Positions 12,366 through 25,634 are shown, counted from the whole stretch's first letter. The stretch: DNA of 62,844 bases, filler included, from Diploschistes diacapsis (GCA_023645945.1; 8 parts of 8 records of this genome joined end to end with filler, not necessarily neighbours in it); one strand, 5' to 3'. Notes: generated by a model not told the origin, from the sequence alone. Made by a program: numbers and translations.

Positions 12366-12701
12366 GAAAGTTAGAATTGGATTTATTTTCGCCTCGAGCT
12401 GGATCGGAGTTCTGAAGCTATTGCGGACTTCTTCAGAGCTGATATGAGATGCGCCCTCACTGAGCATGTCGCAAGCTGACAGGCTTTTGAACAATTACGA
12501 TTCAACTATACTTTGTTTTCTTAGTGCTCCAAACCTCAGCCTACTGTACGCAAGCAGATGGTATTGCAGTATTGCTCGTCTTTGCATGAATGCGAAGCTA
12601 GACCCGTGCCAACCTACGCATTTCAGCTGCTGCGAACCCAGCCTTGACTCATGTATTTCTAGGCACCGCAAAGAGATCGAAAAAGCTATATCAGACTCAT
12701 C

Positions 12702-15700
12702 TCATCGGTATTTTCGAAGCTGTCTATATTAGTCAATGTTGCTTTGTGCTTGGAACTCTTATAGACTTACATCAAGTGTCAGCGCTTTGCTGGTATTCGA
12801 TGATTGATCCCTATGAATTCCGACCAAAGCCTCGCTGCCTTGAAAGAGGCCAGTTTTCAAACTGATGACAATGAACTGCATACCGGGGCCTGCATGCTCC
12901 CGAATATAGTTTGCAATTTTTGCGACATTCGCATTATCGAGTGCAGCATCCACCTCATCAAGCACAAAGAATGGTGAAGGCTGATAACTGTGTATCGCAA
13001 AAAGCAAGGCGAGAGCTGCCATCGTCTTCTCCCCTCCTGAAAGATGCTCCATGTCCCTAAAGCGCTTCAGTGGCGGCATGGCGTGATATTTGATGCCATC
13101 CAGATACGGCTCGTCCGAATCCTCCATGTCGAGTGATCTATACGATTTGTAAATTTTAAATTACTAACGTAGCAGGCTTACTCACGCTTGACCGCCCATT
13201 GGAAGCGTCGCACTCTTGGTGAGCTCCCGATATATAGGACCTATCTGGTCAGAAATATGGGAAAATGCTTTGTTGAATAGTTCAAATCGCTGATCTTTCA
13301 CGTCCTGGAAATCATCTTTAGCCTTTTTGGCCCTCCTTCTTGCGTCTTCGAACTCCTTCTCTGTCGTTTTAAGCCGGCTTTCGACGCCTTCTAGGCGCTC
13401 GATTGCTCGCATGTTTGGAGCCATTTGTTTCAGCTCCTCCTCCATTGCCGCAATCTTGTCCTGGAGCTCTTTGTCAAGAGCCTCATCATTACTCTTGAGA
13501 CAGACGTTAGAAGGAGGATGACCATTAGGCAGAGTAACGTACCCCTTTCAAACCTTCATCTAGATCTTCAAAATCAACTTCGATTCCGTAGTCTCGCACT
13601 GCCGACGACGCACTGTTGTCGATTGTATCTTCATTCGTGTCCATGGCATCCGAACCACCATATAGAATAGCATCCAATGGAAGCTGGTCTAGGCTTCGGG
13701 ACCCTGTAGTCAGTGGGATGCTAATGTCGTCAACTTTACAGCGCCGCAGTAAAGCATACCGGTCCACGGCATTACGCTGAATCTCGGCTTCAAGCCGTGC
13801 AACTTCTCTCAGTGTTCCCTCGACGTTCTTGTTCCTCCTTTGGACTTCGCGACGTTGCTCGGCGACTTTCTCTGCACTTTTCTCATGGACGTCTTGTTGC
13901 TTTGCAAGACTCTCCCTTACCAAGTCAAGTTCTGATGCAAGTTCATCAGCCTCATTGGCTATCCTCTCCTTCTCGGATGTTAATTGATCCAGAAGGGATT
14001 CATCTCTCCGCTCTTTTATGTGGAGTCCTTCAATACGACCTTCAACTTCCTGCAGCTGTTGCTGCTCGAATTTTTTGCGGTTCTCTAACCTGCTCCTCTG
14101 CTGCTTGAATTCAAGCTTCTTTCGTGCACCTTCCTGCTGCAAAGACCCCTGTAGAGCTTCGTACGCACGTATGCTCTCGTACTGGAGGCGTCCACAAAAT
14201 CCAGCAAACACGCGGTCTTCGACTTCGCTGATCGAATCTTGGTAGGATTTGAGGTTTGCTTGTAGATGCTCAAGCTCATTCTGCCTTTCGAGATACTTAG
14301 GCTTTGCCTCACTGAGCTCTTGTTTCGCGTGCACCAATTCTTTGTTTTTGCTTTCAAGGTTTCTGTTGAGCGCTTGAAGCTCCTCCTTTGTATATGCAAG
14401 TCTTTGCTCCAGACCGGAAAGTTCGCTTTGAAGCGCTTCTTCCTCGGCCGTGTTTCGACGACCGTCAGGGAGATTTCTTAGATCCTTCACGAGCTTGTCA
14501 GCTAGTTTACGCAGGTTTTCAACGTCAGCATCATCCCATCGCCTGGAATTCTGTTCTTTCCCCCTTCCACCGGTCATGAGGCCTCCTTTATGTATAACTG
14601 TACCATCCAAAGTAACGGCTTTGGCCTCCACACCCTTATCATAGCAAATATACTTTGCGATACGAAGGTCATCGCAAATAACGGAATTTCCACAGGAATA
14701 AGTCATGGCTCGTTCAACGGATCTGTCGTAGTCAATAGTATCTATAGCCATTCGCGTACCCTTATGTATGCCCTTCAAATTTGAATCAACAGTCGTTCCT
14801 TGTATTGTGTCGAGGGGAATGAAAGTTGCGAGACCACGATGCTGGTCTCGCAGAAACTGTATACAGTCTTTGGCTGTTTTCTCATCATCCACAACAATCG
14901 CGTCGATGTGACGGCCAAGCACCGTACTGACTGCTTCATCGTATCTCTTTTGCTTCGGTTTACAAAGTTCATGGACTCTTCCCTTGACTCCGGGGAACAG
15001 CCGTTTCAAATCAGCTATGGTAGCTTTCATTTTCATCTCCTTATCGCTTTGTTTGCGACCATCCTCTGCTTCAACGAGTCTATTGCCAACCTCCTGAAAT
15101 TTCTCCTCGAGCTCTGTTCTCAGTTGCCGAACGCGCAGTTTTTCAGATGTAAGGGTGGTGTAAGCTTTCTTCTTGGCGTCAATGTCTTTTTGAATTTGGT
15201 TGACTCGCTCAGAAGCCATTATCTTCTGTTCGCGAATCCCATTGATATCATTCTCGAAGTCGCCGATCCGAGATTCGATTATTTCTACTCTGCTGCGAAG
15301 GCTGTTCACAGTTTCTTCGTCTGCACGCTGCTGACGAAGGAGATTGTCGGCTCGCATTTGGTCAGTCGAGGTCTGCCTGTTCACTTCCTCCTTCAATTTG
15401 TTATACTCCAGAAGATCTGCTTCGCTCAACGTCCTGCCTTGCTGTTCGCTTAACTTTCTCCACTCAGCCTCCCATTGCGCCTCCGCTTTCTCGACCGTCT
15501 TAAGATCTTTTGACAAGCGTTTAAGGGTTTCGGATCGGGTCTCACGTTCCTTCGCAATCGCTGTGATTCGCGATTTCACTTTCGACTGATTCTCTCGGGT
15601 AACCAGTATCTTCTCCGTAAGGGGGACCAGGCTGCTCTCCTTCTCCTCGATTTCTTTTTCTTTCGCTTTGATATTGCGCTCCATTTTACCAACCTCTCGG

Positions 15701-16722
15701 CCGGCTTTCGCGTGATCTCTCTTTGCTTCCTCTAGGCTATTTTCATACTTCACGATTCCTCGACGGTGCTCTTTCAACTCCTCTTGGTGCTTCTTTATTG
15801 CCTCCCCAGACTCTTCGATCAAGCATTGAAATCGATATAGCTTCCAGAGGATATGTGCGACAATCGCTTGATCGCGCTCATCGGCCTTTTTCGCATAATT
15901 TTCTGCTTCTCGCTTCTGCTCTTGATATTGTTTGATTTCGGAGTTGATACCCCTGCGGCGGTTGAGATTATAGTTTTGGTTTTCGATGGCCTCTTCCTGC
16001 GCTTCTTTAAGCTTTTCATACTCGACTTTGTACTCTAGGCTGCCAGAAATTTGCTCAATGAGTCGAGTCAAATCTTTGGGCGATTGTGAGGCGATCGCTT
16101 CCACGTCTCCTTGAAAAACTAGAAAGTTTCTCGCTTTAATCAGAATGTTCTCGGCCTCGAGGGCCTCATTGTACTGTTGAGCGGTGACTACTTGGTTGTT
16201 GATGCGATATTCGCTCACGCCTTGATTTGTAATGGTTCTTTTCCACAGCTGCTTGTCGCCGGCGTCATCTTCATACACAGCCGTAACCCAGGCGCTCTTC
16301 GGGTCACTGCGCTCCTGAGGGTTGGTTTGTATCCCCGTACCGACTGTTTCACCATTGACATGGCCATTGACGCCATTAGTCGTTGCAGATCCATCTTCGT
16401 TGATAACGGAAGTCTTCAGGACGCGACCTCTATAGACGAGATCACGCAAGTGAGATGAACGAAGGTGAGATGATTTGATCCCTAGAACGAAAGATATCGC
16501 GTCCATGCTGGGCTTTTGAGCAGATGCGGCTGATCTTGAGAATTAACTTACGAATTTGATTTTCCCGAGCCATTGGGCCCTATAATGGAAGTAAAGTACG
16601 AATCGCCAAAGAGGAGGATGTGATGTCCTTTGTAGGATTTGAAATCTACGACCTTTAGCTTCAGAAATGGGCTATGAACACTTTCACTGACTGTATAACT
16701 CTAGCCGAATAAGCTTACCCAT
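12702..16722 (-). CDS. SMC1: Cohesin subunit SMC1
   Basis: MGKLIRLELYNFKSY start; Walker A GPNGSGKSN; FLVFQGDVE; hinge; signature LSGGEKT; Walker B FFVLDEVDAALD; last exon LRKYR*. Confidence 0.97.
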
Positions 16723-16803
16723 GTTGAGGACTGAGGTTGTATTATGTCAAGCGGTGACAAGAAAAGGCCGAGAAGGAGAGCTTAAGTTCTTTCGAAATTC
16801 ACG

Positions 16804-16809
16804 TCGCGT
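16804..16809 (-). promoter_or_regulatory. MCB-like element (ACGCGA) upstream of SMC1
   Basis: TCGCGT on the + strand, about 80 bp upstream of the SMC1 ATG; SMC1 is a G1/S MBF-regulated gene in yeast. Confidence 0.35.
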
Positions 16810-17378
16810 CCCGCCAACTTTGACTTTTACGTGTACTTCGTACGTACATTATAGCTCTCTACAGTTTACACAAAATGGCGGAGCGCATCCGGCTGTGAAG
16901 CATCTTGGAACCTCGACCGATTGAGATAAAGTGTGTAATTTGTACATCTCCATACAAATTTTGTAGTCAGCCAACCAAATCCAAATATTAAGACACGAGC
17001 TTCCTCCGATATGGCTGCGAGCATTGTGCGTTGCTATTGAGACCAAGTCTATTTCTTTCAATCGCGATTAACCAGAGCACACATGATGTTACAGCCCAAC
17101 ACTTGCACGGCTACCGGACTCGTGACCCTCATTACCCAGGGACAGCTTTTAAAGTCAAATCTTTGTGAGTATAGGTTATTTCTATCGTAAATAACGTCTG
17201 CTGCCGGCTTGATACCTCAGTTGCGCCCAATCACTTTTCCCAAAGTAATCTACACTCTACCCCAAAAAGTAAAGCTAAAGTAATAGTCGCTACAGTTGTT
17301 TAGTGCTCTGGATTGACCTCGAGACTAATCCAACGTCCATCTCCCCACGATCTGCTAAGTCTACACCATTATAGAGAC

Positions 17379-18997
17379 ATGTCGAGCCCAAACAGCAGGC
17401 CCAAAGCCAAATCTGAGCTTTCACTTTCTGATGCAAAGCTTGAATACCCTTCAGATATGGTGCATCCAGATGCTGAGGATCGTTCCGAAGCAGTATTGAC
17501 ACCCGGCATCGATGATATGGACTTGTCTTTCCCCTCAAGCCCTCATCTACTTCCTCGAAATGCTTCGTATTCGAGTAACATCAGCTCGTTTCAGGAGGAC
17601 TGGGAGACGTTTCCTCCACTCGATAGAATTACAATGTTTGATCTGCTGGACAACTTCGCCCTACCGAGGCAGCTGGAGAAATGGCAGAGTACCCTTGCAG
17701 TCCAGAAAGAGAAAGTTAAACGGCAGAGAGAGAAGCTCAAATCTACGGGTATGAATGCAAAGGATCGTGTTGTTGAACAATGGCGGAGAAGGCTCCCAAC
17801 GCCTGATGAGCAGCTAGAAAAGTACCGCAAGCGGATGCGAATATCCGTTGAACGACTTGGGGCGCGCTGGAACGCTACCCTGGCCGTCACCTTCCGCGAA
17901 AAGGTTTCGTTCATCGCTGGTGTCTTCAACATCTTTATCAGCGGGTACCTTGTTGGCGGAATTCCGGAGTACTTCTATTATTGGTACACAGCGCAGGTCG
18001 CTTATTTTATGCCCATTAGGGCGTACACTTACCATAGGCAAGGGTATCATTACTTCCTTGCTGACCTCTGCTATTTTGTTAACGCCTTGCTACTTCTCTC
18101 CATTTGGGTCTTTCCACAGTCGAAGCGTTTATTCATCAGTACATACTGCTTGGCAAACGGTAACAATGCTGTGGCAATCGCAATGTGGAGGAACTCGATG
18201 GTGTTCCACTCTCTGGACAAAACCACAAGGTCAGACAGCCCTCCGAGCCCTCTTTACTATGCTTACAAGGAAATAGTCTTTTCATCCATATCATGCCACC
18301 GGTTACTCTCCACTGTATGGTTCACCTCACGAGCGAGGCTGTTCTCAAAGAGCGCTTTCCCGCTATATACGCTATCCGAACGAGTGATCCAACTAGCTCA
18401 GAACATTACTCGTTACGGGCGATGATTATCTGGGCCACGGTTCCGTACGCCGTCTGGCAGCTTTTTTATCACTTTATGATAACTGTAAGACGGCGGGAAA
18501 AAATTGCAGCAGGTCGTCCCACTAGCTTCACCTGGCTGCGGAGAACATACGCAAAGAACATTCTAGGACGGCTCGTCCTCAGCCTTCCACAGGCCTTGCA
18601 GGAATCTGCGTTTATGATGATCCAGTATTCCTATGCACTCCTCACCATGATTCCCTGCCCCTTGTGGTTCTGGTACAGATGGGCGAGCGCCTCGTTCCTT
18701 TTGGCTGTATTTGGGTGGAGCGTCTACAACGGGGCGGCTTACTACATTGATGTATTTGGCAAACGCTTCGAAAAAGAACTCGAGCAGTTCAAGAACGATG
18801 TTACAAAGTGGCAGTCCTCGCCATCCTCGCTGGATGATGCGGGCCTTCTTACCCCACAACCTCAGCCTTCCGGCGCTAATGAGTTCGATCAGATCCCACT
18901 ACTAGATGGTGGCAACAAGCCGGTGGAATCTTCCGGTAACGATCAAACAGATTCGCATCAGCTGGGCGAACGGAAGGCTATGGGCAAATCCGAATGA
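17379..18997 (+). CDS. GPC1: Glycerophosphocholine acyltransferase (DUF2838 family), 2 exons
   Basis: YHYFLADLCYFVN, WRNSMVFHSLDKTTSLFIHIMPP (across one intron), GRPTSFTWLR and NGAAYYIDVFG motifs. Confidence 0.88.
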
Positions 18998-19330
18998 CAG
19001 CAATACAGTGCAAGGACAGAATGGATAAAATAATTGTTCGAACAACTACCCGAATTTCACCTGAGATTGGTTGACGTCTCAGCAGAAGCTCTTGGGATGC
19101 ACAGGCCGACAGGGGTGGGATGCTCCCCGAAGTTGTTGCGCATAGATACCCCACGCCTTTTTGTTTTATTGGGCGTTTGTCCGTTGCGTGCGAGACGTAC
19201 GGGGCTTTGGCTTTGGCGATAATTTAGCCACTAATAATGAATAGCTGTAATCAATCGGCATGATGGTATAGGTACTACCTGGGTAGTAGTGTACAGCAAT
19301 GCGAGTACCTTTAGAGCTTCATGCATGTTA

Positions 19331-19376
19331 TGTAGTAGCAGCAGTAGCAGCAGTAGCAGCAGTAGCAGTAGTAGTA
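19331..19376. repeat. (AGTAGCAGC)n compound microsatellite
   Basis: gtagtagcagcagtagcagcagtagcagcagtagcagtagtagta. Confidence 0.9.
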
Positions 19377-20168
19377 TACGAGTGGGTGTAATTGGTAACA
19401 TTCTACCCCCATGGTAATCGATGCTTTCGTAAACCATACCATACGTATAGGTCCAAAGTCAGCAATTCAAGTTATCCTTTGACCTTTGAGATGCGGGACA
19501 TGTACAACAATGCAGAAACTCTGAGAAAGCGGGGTCATCAAATCTGCGATGAAGGCTCATGGGATTCTTGGAAATGCCGTATTGAAAAATCGATTAGGTT
19601 TTGAACTAGTAGCCGCTGCTACTGCAAGCCCTGTTCCTCTACTTTGCAACAACCTGATTACTGGACCTGACAATGTTGTCGCTCCTGGAATTCATGCAGG
19701 TAGCTGCGGGATTTTATGCTCCGGGAGACAACAAACCACAGGTGGAAGCCATATGGTACGAAAATGAAGTTGAATTTAATTAATTGCTATGTACATCGAC
19801 CCTGGCTGGTACAGACGAAACCAACTGCTTTGCACTTTCGCTAAAAAAGGGGGTATCACATGTTTCATGACGTCATAAAAATCAACGTGAAACAAGTCCG
19901 TATCATTAAAATTTGTTTCCCCAACAAACTCCGTTTGGACGTTTGAGGTATTTTCATCGAAGCCGAACGACCAGCGTCCGGGATTACCCTCAATTTACAT
20001 TGGCCTTCAAATAGCCGATAAATTGATGGTTGGTAATTGACTGGGAACGCTTCATAGTGCTGCGCATCTCCGTGTAGCTGTTTTATGTTGACAGGGACCT
20101 GTAATCTGCTTTATAGGGTTTTTGAGTTGAGATGCGAAGAGTTGTGGTATTCGTATGTTCAGCGGAAG

Positions 20169-20489
20169 TCACAGAGATTTCTGCTCCAAGGCCACTACAC
20201 AAGAGTGACAGTAGTGTAATGTACCGAACGTTATGACTTCGGCTTTGCGATTTGTCGCATCAACGCTTATCGAGCGTTCACATCGCGTGCACCGGGCCAG
20301 ATCAAGCGACGGTGACTTCGATGGTTGGGACGAGCTTGAGGAGATAGATGGTGACGATCGAAGAGAAGAACTGTCGCCGCATGACGATATGGAGGAGGAT
20401 GTGGCCTGAACCGGGCGGACTTGAGGACGGTGCAGAGTAGGCTGATAAGCAGCCTCGGTTTGGAGCTTCAGAATATTCGCGATCTCCAT
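20169..20489 (-). CDS. Small Ser-rich protein with a C-terminal CxxC...CxxC putative zinc finger
   Basis: 106-aa ATG ORF in good context (ACAATG); ARCTRC and YCHSC; TATAA about 170 bp upstream on the minus strand. Confidence 0.65.
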   Translation of the reverse strand: MEIANILKLQTEAAYQPTLHRPQVRPVQATSSSISSCGDSSSLRSSPSISSSSSQPSKSPSLDLARCTRCERSISVDATNRKAEVITFGTLHYCHSCVVALEQKSL

Positions 20490-21134
20490 TGTTCGAGGAT
20501 CAACAGGTATTCAGATTTGCTGTGTGAGGGTGCGGAAAGCAAGACGGCGTTCGGGTATTCGGATTGGGAAAGATGGAAGAGGCAAGCTCTGAGGGTACGG
20601 ATCTTTTGGCAAAAGAACAACAATGATATCGAGAACGAGATGAGCCTGGCAAAGGAGCGTTATAAAGGGTTTTTGGAAGACGGGAAATTAAACCCGAAAT
20701 CGAGTTATCAGGACATGGAATTCAGACTCGATCGACCGATGTGTTCTGATCGCCAGATCCCCAATTTCTTTTTCCATAGCCAACTTGATTTCTCACACCA
20801 AACTCGTTCGGGGCATGCAAAGACAGACAGAAGCAGAAGAGGATAGCACTAGTAGACGACGGTGCGAAGTATCTCCCTAACGGTATGTTGTATGTTGGAG
20901 GTTTTGGAGGGTATTCGTAACACACCCGATTGCATCACCCCCATAGTAAAGCTTATCTAAGTGTGCTTGGCATTGTCTGCTGCCCCTCGGTATATTCTTC
21001 TAGCTCTATATAGAAAGCAGCAAAAAGGAAAAAGGTCAGCTAGATTTCTGTCGCGGCTCCATCCAGATTCTCTAGCCCTACCTCCAATTATTTCAAAGCG
21101 CGTCAGCCTTCCAACTTGTTCCGAAGGCAGCAAC

Positions 21135-21923
21135 ATGGGCTTGCCCAACCTCTACAACTTTGAAAACGTCGATGCTGTCGCGGCTGCCCTCCGACAGTAT
21201 GTTCTTCAGTGCCAGGCTGCTGCTTTCCAGCGGCACGATTCGTTCAAAGTAGCGGTCTCTGGGGGCTCATTACCTAATACTCTGGCCAAGGGACTCCTGG
21301 CAAAGTCAACCGACGCAGGCGACGAGCTCAATTTTTCCAAGTGGGAGATATTCTTTGCGGATGAGAGGGCAGTGCCTTTGGACCATGAGGACAGCAACTA
21401 TAAGCTACTCAAGGATGAGCTACTCGACAAAATCCCAGCAGCCGTTGGCCAACCCGTTGTGCATCCGATCGATATTAAATACCTTGACAACGTACAGGAG
21501 ATGGCCCATCAGTACCAGGACAACATGTTGCGTTCATTCGCTGCAAAGGACAGCGTAAAGCTACCTGTTTTTGATCTGCTACTGCTCGGCTGTGGGCCGG
21601 ATGGCCATACCTGCTCTCTGTTTCCCAACCATGAGCTGCTACGGGAGCACGATGCCTGGGTGGGAGCAATCTCGGACAGCCCCAAGCCTCCACCAAAGCG
21701 CATCACCTTGACCCTTCCCGTCGTTACACACGGCATGAAGATCGCTTACGTGATAACTGGAGATGGCAAACATGATATACTGAAGAAGATATTCGATACC
21801 GAGGAAGGCAAGAGCCTCCCCTGTGGTCTTGTCAATGAAGGAGGCGGGGAGAAAGTCAGTTGGTTTGCGGACTCGAAAGCGCTTGGAGAAGGCATCCGCT
21901 TCCCAATGAGGGCGAGCTTGTAG
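21135..21923 (+). CDS. SOL: 6-phosphogluconolactonase
   Basis: AVSGGSL, FFADERAVPLDHEDSNY, LLGCGPDGHTCSLFP and DSPKPPPKRITLT motifs. Confidence 0.95.
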   Translation: MGLPNLYNFENVDAVAAALRQYVLQCQAAAFQRHDSFKVAVSGGSLPNTLAKGLLAKSTDAGDELNFSKWEIFFADERAVPLDHEDSNYKLLKDELLDKIPAAVGQPVVHPIDIKYLDNVQEMAHQYQDNMLRSFAAKDSVKLPVFDLLLLGCGPDGHTCSLFPNHELLREHDAWVGAISDSPKPPPKRITLTLPVVTHGMKIAYVITGDGKHDILKKIFDTEEGKSLPCGLVNEGGGEKVSWFADSKALGEGIRFPMRASL

Positions 21924-23343
21924 GCAACGATCGTGCCAGTGCCACGACGTAAGCATATCATATCTACCTTGCCATGAGTTTTCCGTCATTGAGGCGCTAA
22001 CGGTAGGCGAAGGCTGATATTGCTGTCAGTAGCAGCTGCAAGGAATATAACGCTTAGGCAATTGTTAGGCGCAGGGAGAGGCTGCAAGCACGCGCAGGGG
22101 AATAGATGCATGAGCTCCGCACTCGTTTTCTTGACACTCGCGCTTGCCGAAACATATGCGATGGCTGACTCGAGCTACTGTGCTCGCATGTAGCCGTATC
22201 CCCAAGGCAAGCAGCAGTTACCCCTAGCACTTCGAGATCCGCTAGCACCAAAACGATTAATAGCAGCTCTTAGCTCGGTAGCACGACGATGTGATAGCCA
22301 TAAACAAGTCTTCAAATCGACCTTTACGCCCCACCATCAACTCGCCACATCAGATGCTCAGTCGGCTGTTTGCATCTTTGCAAAATCCATTTTGCTCTTT
22401 TGCGTTGAACCGGCTCCTACACTCCGCACAAATCACCGTGCCCAGCCTCTACTGACTGGTCCAGACGCCAGGATCAGCCGCAAGGCCGCCATAGTACTTG
22501 CACTTCCGCTGTCGTTGATTTCGGCAACCACTTGTGGGCTGTTCATTCCTCTTCGAATGACGTATCATTCGATCAAGGTATTTTCAACTCACTTGCACTT
22601 GATTCGAGGCAGTAGACCTTGTCTAAGCCAAGCTTGTATCGAACGTTAGGTCTGGTGTTTATTCACCAATAGACAGGAGCGAATGCTACAGAATAGTTGA
22701 CGCTGGAGTGGAGCCCCTAGTTAGTTGCTGTATGGGACCATCTATTTTATGCGTATCTACAACTTCTTATTCTTCCTGAAGTTACCTGTCACAATCGATT
22801 TCATGCTCTGCGTGTTGGCCAATCAAGGGGACTGACTGATGTGACATTTTCCCTTACTTTCTTTGCCCTTGAGATTCTTATTTCTATTTAGCCTAGTGAA
22901 GTCTCTATCCAGCATGTCAAACCATTCAGTCGCGACGACGCCCAGCGAACCTGAAGCTTCCTTTTACTTATTGCTGTGCTTCGCTTGCATCCTTCAACGC
23001 TATACACAACCCTTTTACAGACTATCGCCCATACTATCTACAATCTATCGTCCGGGACACTCCGACTGGGCATTCACTGTCTTCAACAACTCGGTATTGG
23101 CCAGCCTCCGCAACCTTGCCTTGGCCTTTAGCAACCATCTACTTGCTGGGCTTGGAAGCCTTGAAGGGTATATGTCATCTTCAACCGCATGGTAATTTAG
23201 ACGTGGATGGGCACGTTGAATGACTACTCCAGCCCGCACAGAAGGTAAACAAGGTCCATTGCCGGAACCAACAGGAGCAAGTTTATTCGCACGCTGTCAA
23301 AAGTAGCGTTTAGCGTTCGCTTCTTGTACAAACACCAGGATCT

Positions 23344-24578
23344 ATGGAAGACTTCGAACAGAAAGGGAAGGTAAAGAGTAAAGGCTGCGTTACTCTCTCG
23401 GCAATGAAACCATCTGTACCTGCAAATAAGGACGAACACGTCTTCGTCATCTTTGGCGTGAGTAAACCATATATTTTCAGAGCGACCGAGCTGATGAGGT
23501 CGCCGGTAGCTACCCTTCAAGCCAAATTGTCGCAGCGTCTGCGGAAATACTGCGTGGAAGCCTGTCAAGGATTTGCTGAGAACTTTACTGCGTAATGAGC
23601 TACAAGGTCAGTCTGGTGCGGCCCGAGACGAACCCAGGGTCAACATCCATGACATCCCTAACGGCTACTTTGACCCGTATGCCACGGCGTCGTTTAAGGA
23701 GGAGGAACACGCCAAGACTATGTTCGGTAAGAAATAAAGACGCGGTGTATTGCGCGGGCTGACTCAAGGGAAAAGGACTACTCGCTGGAAATTCTTGGCA
23801 CGGGTCTATCCTGTCTGTGTTCTGGTTCAGGATCCGCCCAAACCACTCTCAACAACTGGTTGCTGCTCCCCATTATCCTCCCGATCCCATTCCGCTAGAG
23901 AAGATCTCGCCCATCCGGGATAGCCGCCTGTTACGGCGGCAGTCTCCCCATACATCCTATGGCAGCTCCTCCGGACGGCGAGCGTCCATCCCTCGTTTGA
24001 ACCAAGATGTCTTGCATCCACCGTCGGGACCGTCCGCTATGCGCAACAACTCAGTCTCTGGCCCGCACCACATCACTGGGGTGGTCTCGGGACCTTTCCC
24101 TCCGGCTGCAGTCCATCCCCCAGCATCCTGCACCGTCAGTCCCCCCTATTCTTGCGGCCAGGCCGCGTTCTTCCCCCTGAAACCGCAACAGCAGATGCAG
24201 ATCCACCAGGCCGTGAACCAGCACGCTTTCGGAGGCGACGGCCAGTACTGCACTGCATACCTCTCCACCACCGCGACGCCCTACGCGAACTTCCTCCCCA
24301 ATCTGGCAAACGCGGCAGTGCAGCAAAGCAGCCTGGTGGCCGTGGCCAATTATCCGGCTCCGGCCATGACCATGCAGCCTCTGGCGCGAGCGCTTCCAGA
24401 ACCCCAGGGCTCTACCATGCGTGCTCGCTCCACACCCGGTCTCGTCGGTCCGCGTGGTAAGGCTTCGCAGAGGAGGACAAATAAGGCACCACCGGAACCG
24501 GCGACCAGCCAGGGATCAAGGAGAGGGAAGGAGTCGGGTCCTGTCATCGCCAACGGGTCTGGCGACAGTCTCGCTTAG
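23344..24578 (+). CDS. RRM-domain RNA-binding protein with Pro/Gln/Ser-rich tail (3 exons; start uncertain)
   Basis: Removing introns 23458-23509 and 23727-23775 gives VFVIFGLPF...WKPVKDLLR...YATASFKEEEHAKTMFGLLAGNSWHGSILSVFW, an RNP2/RNP1-like pattern, in frame with ORF 23817-24578. Confidence 0.65.
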
Positions 24579-24583
24579 GACAA

Positions 24584-24584
<1 letters not shown>

Positions 24585-24674
<90 letters not shown>
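24585..24674. repeat. (AC)n(AG)n microsatellite at contig end
   Basis: Short AC run followed by about 39 AG units directly before the gap. Confidence 0.95.
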
Positions 24675-24677
<3 letters not shown>

Positions 24678-24680
24678 GAG

Positions 24681-24780
24681 NNNNNNNNNNNNNNNNNNNN
24701 NNNNNNNNNNNNNNNNNNNNNNNNTTAATTAATTAANNNNNNNNNNNNNNNNNNNNNNNNNNNNNNNNNNNNNNNNNNNN
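24681..24780. other. Artificial contig spacer (N44-TTAATTAATTAA-N44)
   Basis: Six-frame-stop linker inside an N run; identical spacers at 49345, 51597, 53848, 56099, 58350 and 60600. Confidence 0.98.
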
Positions 24781-25634
24781 GAATGAAGGCGTAGGGCGGG
24801 AGCGGGGGATGGGGAGGGTCAAGGACATTCGAAAAAAGAAGAATCAACGAGAAGACAACACGGTACATCACGCATCGTGCACTAGAAGGCGCTTCGATAC
24901 AGCGTCCCGCAGAGCCCTGCACCCTCACAGAAGAGGAAATTTCATACCGGATAGATACAGTATCGGCCCACCAGTTTTACAGCCAAGGAGTCTAGAATCT
25001 CCATGCCAGGAATCAGTCCAGACGCTTTGCAAGCTTTTTTGCCCTAAAAACATCTTCATTTAAACAAAAAAAAAAAAGCTTGTATGAATCAAAGAGAATG
25101 TTGCTTTCCGATCCAGTGATTTTGTTATTTGTAACTATTACTTGCGGTGTATATATACAACCGTCCACCCGATCCTGATTCCGATTGGCCCGTCTGCCTA
25201 TCCCATCTATTTATACAAACAGTTACGCTCCCGCTCTCACCCGGCGGTTCCTGGGAGCCTTATACCACGAGCCTCATGCCTCATGCCGCATAGTATAGCA
25301 TAGCATAGCCCTCCCAAATAAAGTACCCGTGAGGAGACCCCTATCCGAAAAATCGCAGCTTGAGTGCGATACAGAGGCCTAACAAACAGACGGACCCTGA
25401 ATGGAATCCTTTGCGAACTACGTTCTCAGCTCTCGGTTCCTCTCATCCCGTTCCCCCTTGGCAAGAACATGGTCATGGCTAGCATGTCTCGAGGACGGGG
25501 AAAGGGCTGGAATTAGATACATGCGGAATCTTTTTCTTCCTGCCTTCTGCTCTTCCTTCTGTCCGGGGTGTCTAGCTACCTAAATAGGCACTGAGAACAC
25601 AAGTCCCTCCGTACGATCTCAAACCCCGCAGAGC

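Noticed and set aside
14800..15453. 217-aa plus-strand ORF
   Set aside because: Antisense to the SMC1 coding sequence.
19231..19437. ORF with a poly-Leu stretch resembling a signal peptide
   Set aside because: Product of the AGTAGCAGC microsatellite; no other support.
19867..19876. Perfect ATF/CRE palindrome ATGACGTCAT
   Set aside because: Lies between the 3' ends of two convergent genes; a single site with no promoter context.
24421..24732. ORF with a poly-RE tract
   Set aside because: Translation of the (AG)n microsatellite running into the gap.
24725..24736. TTAATTAATTAA palindrome recurring seven times
   Set aside because: Always centred in a 100-bp N spacer; an assembly linker, not a biological repeat or CRISPR array.
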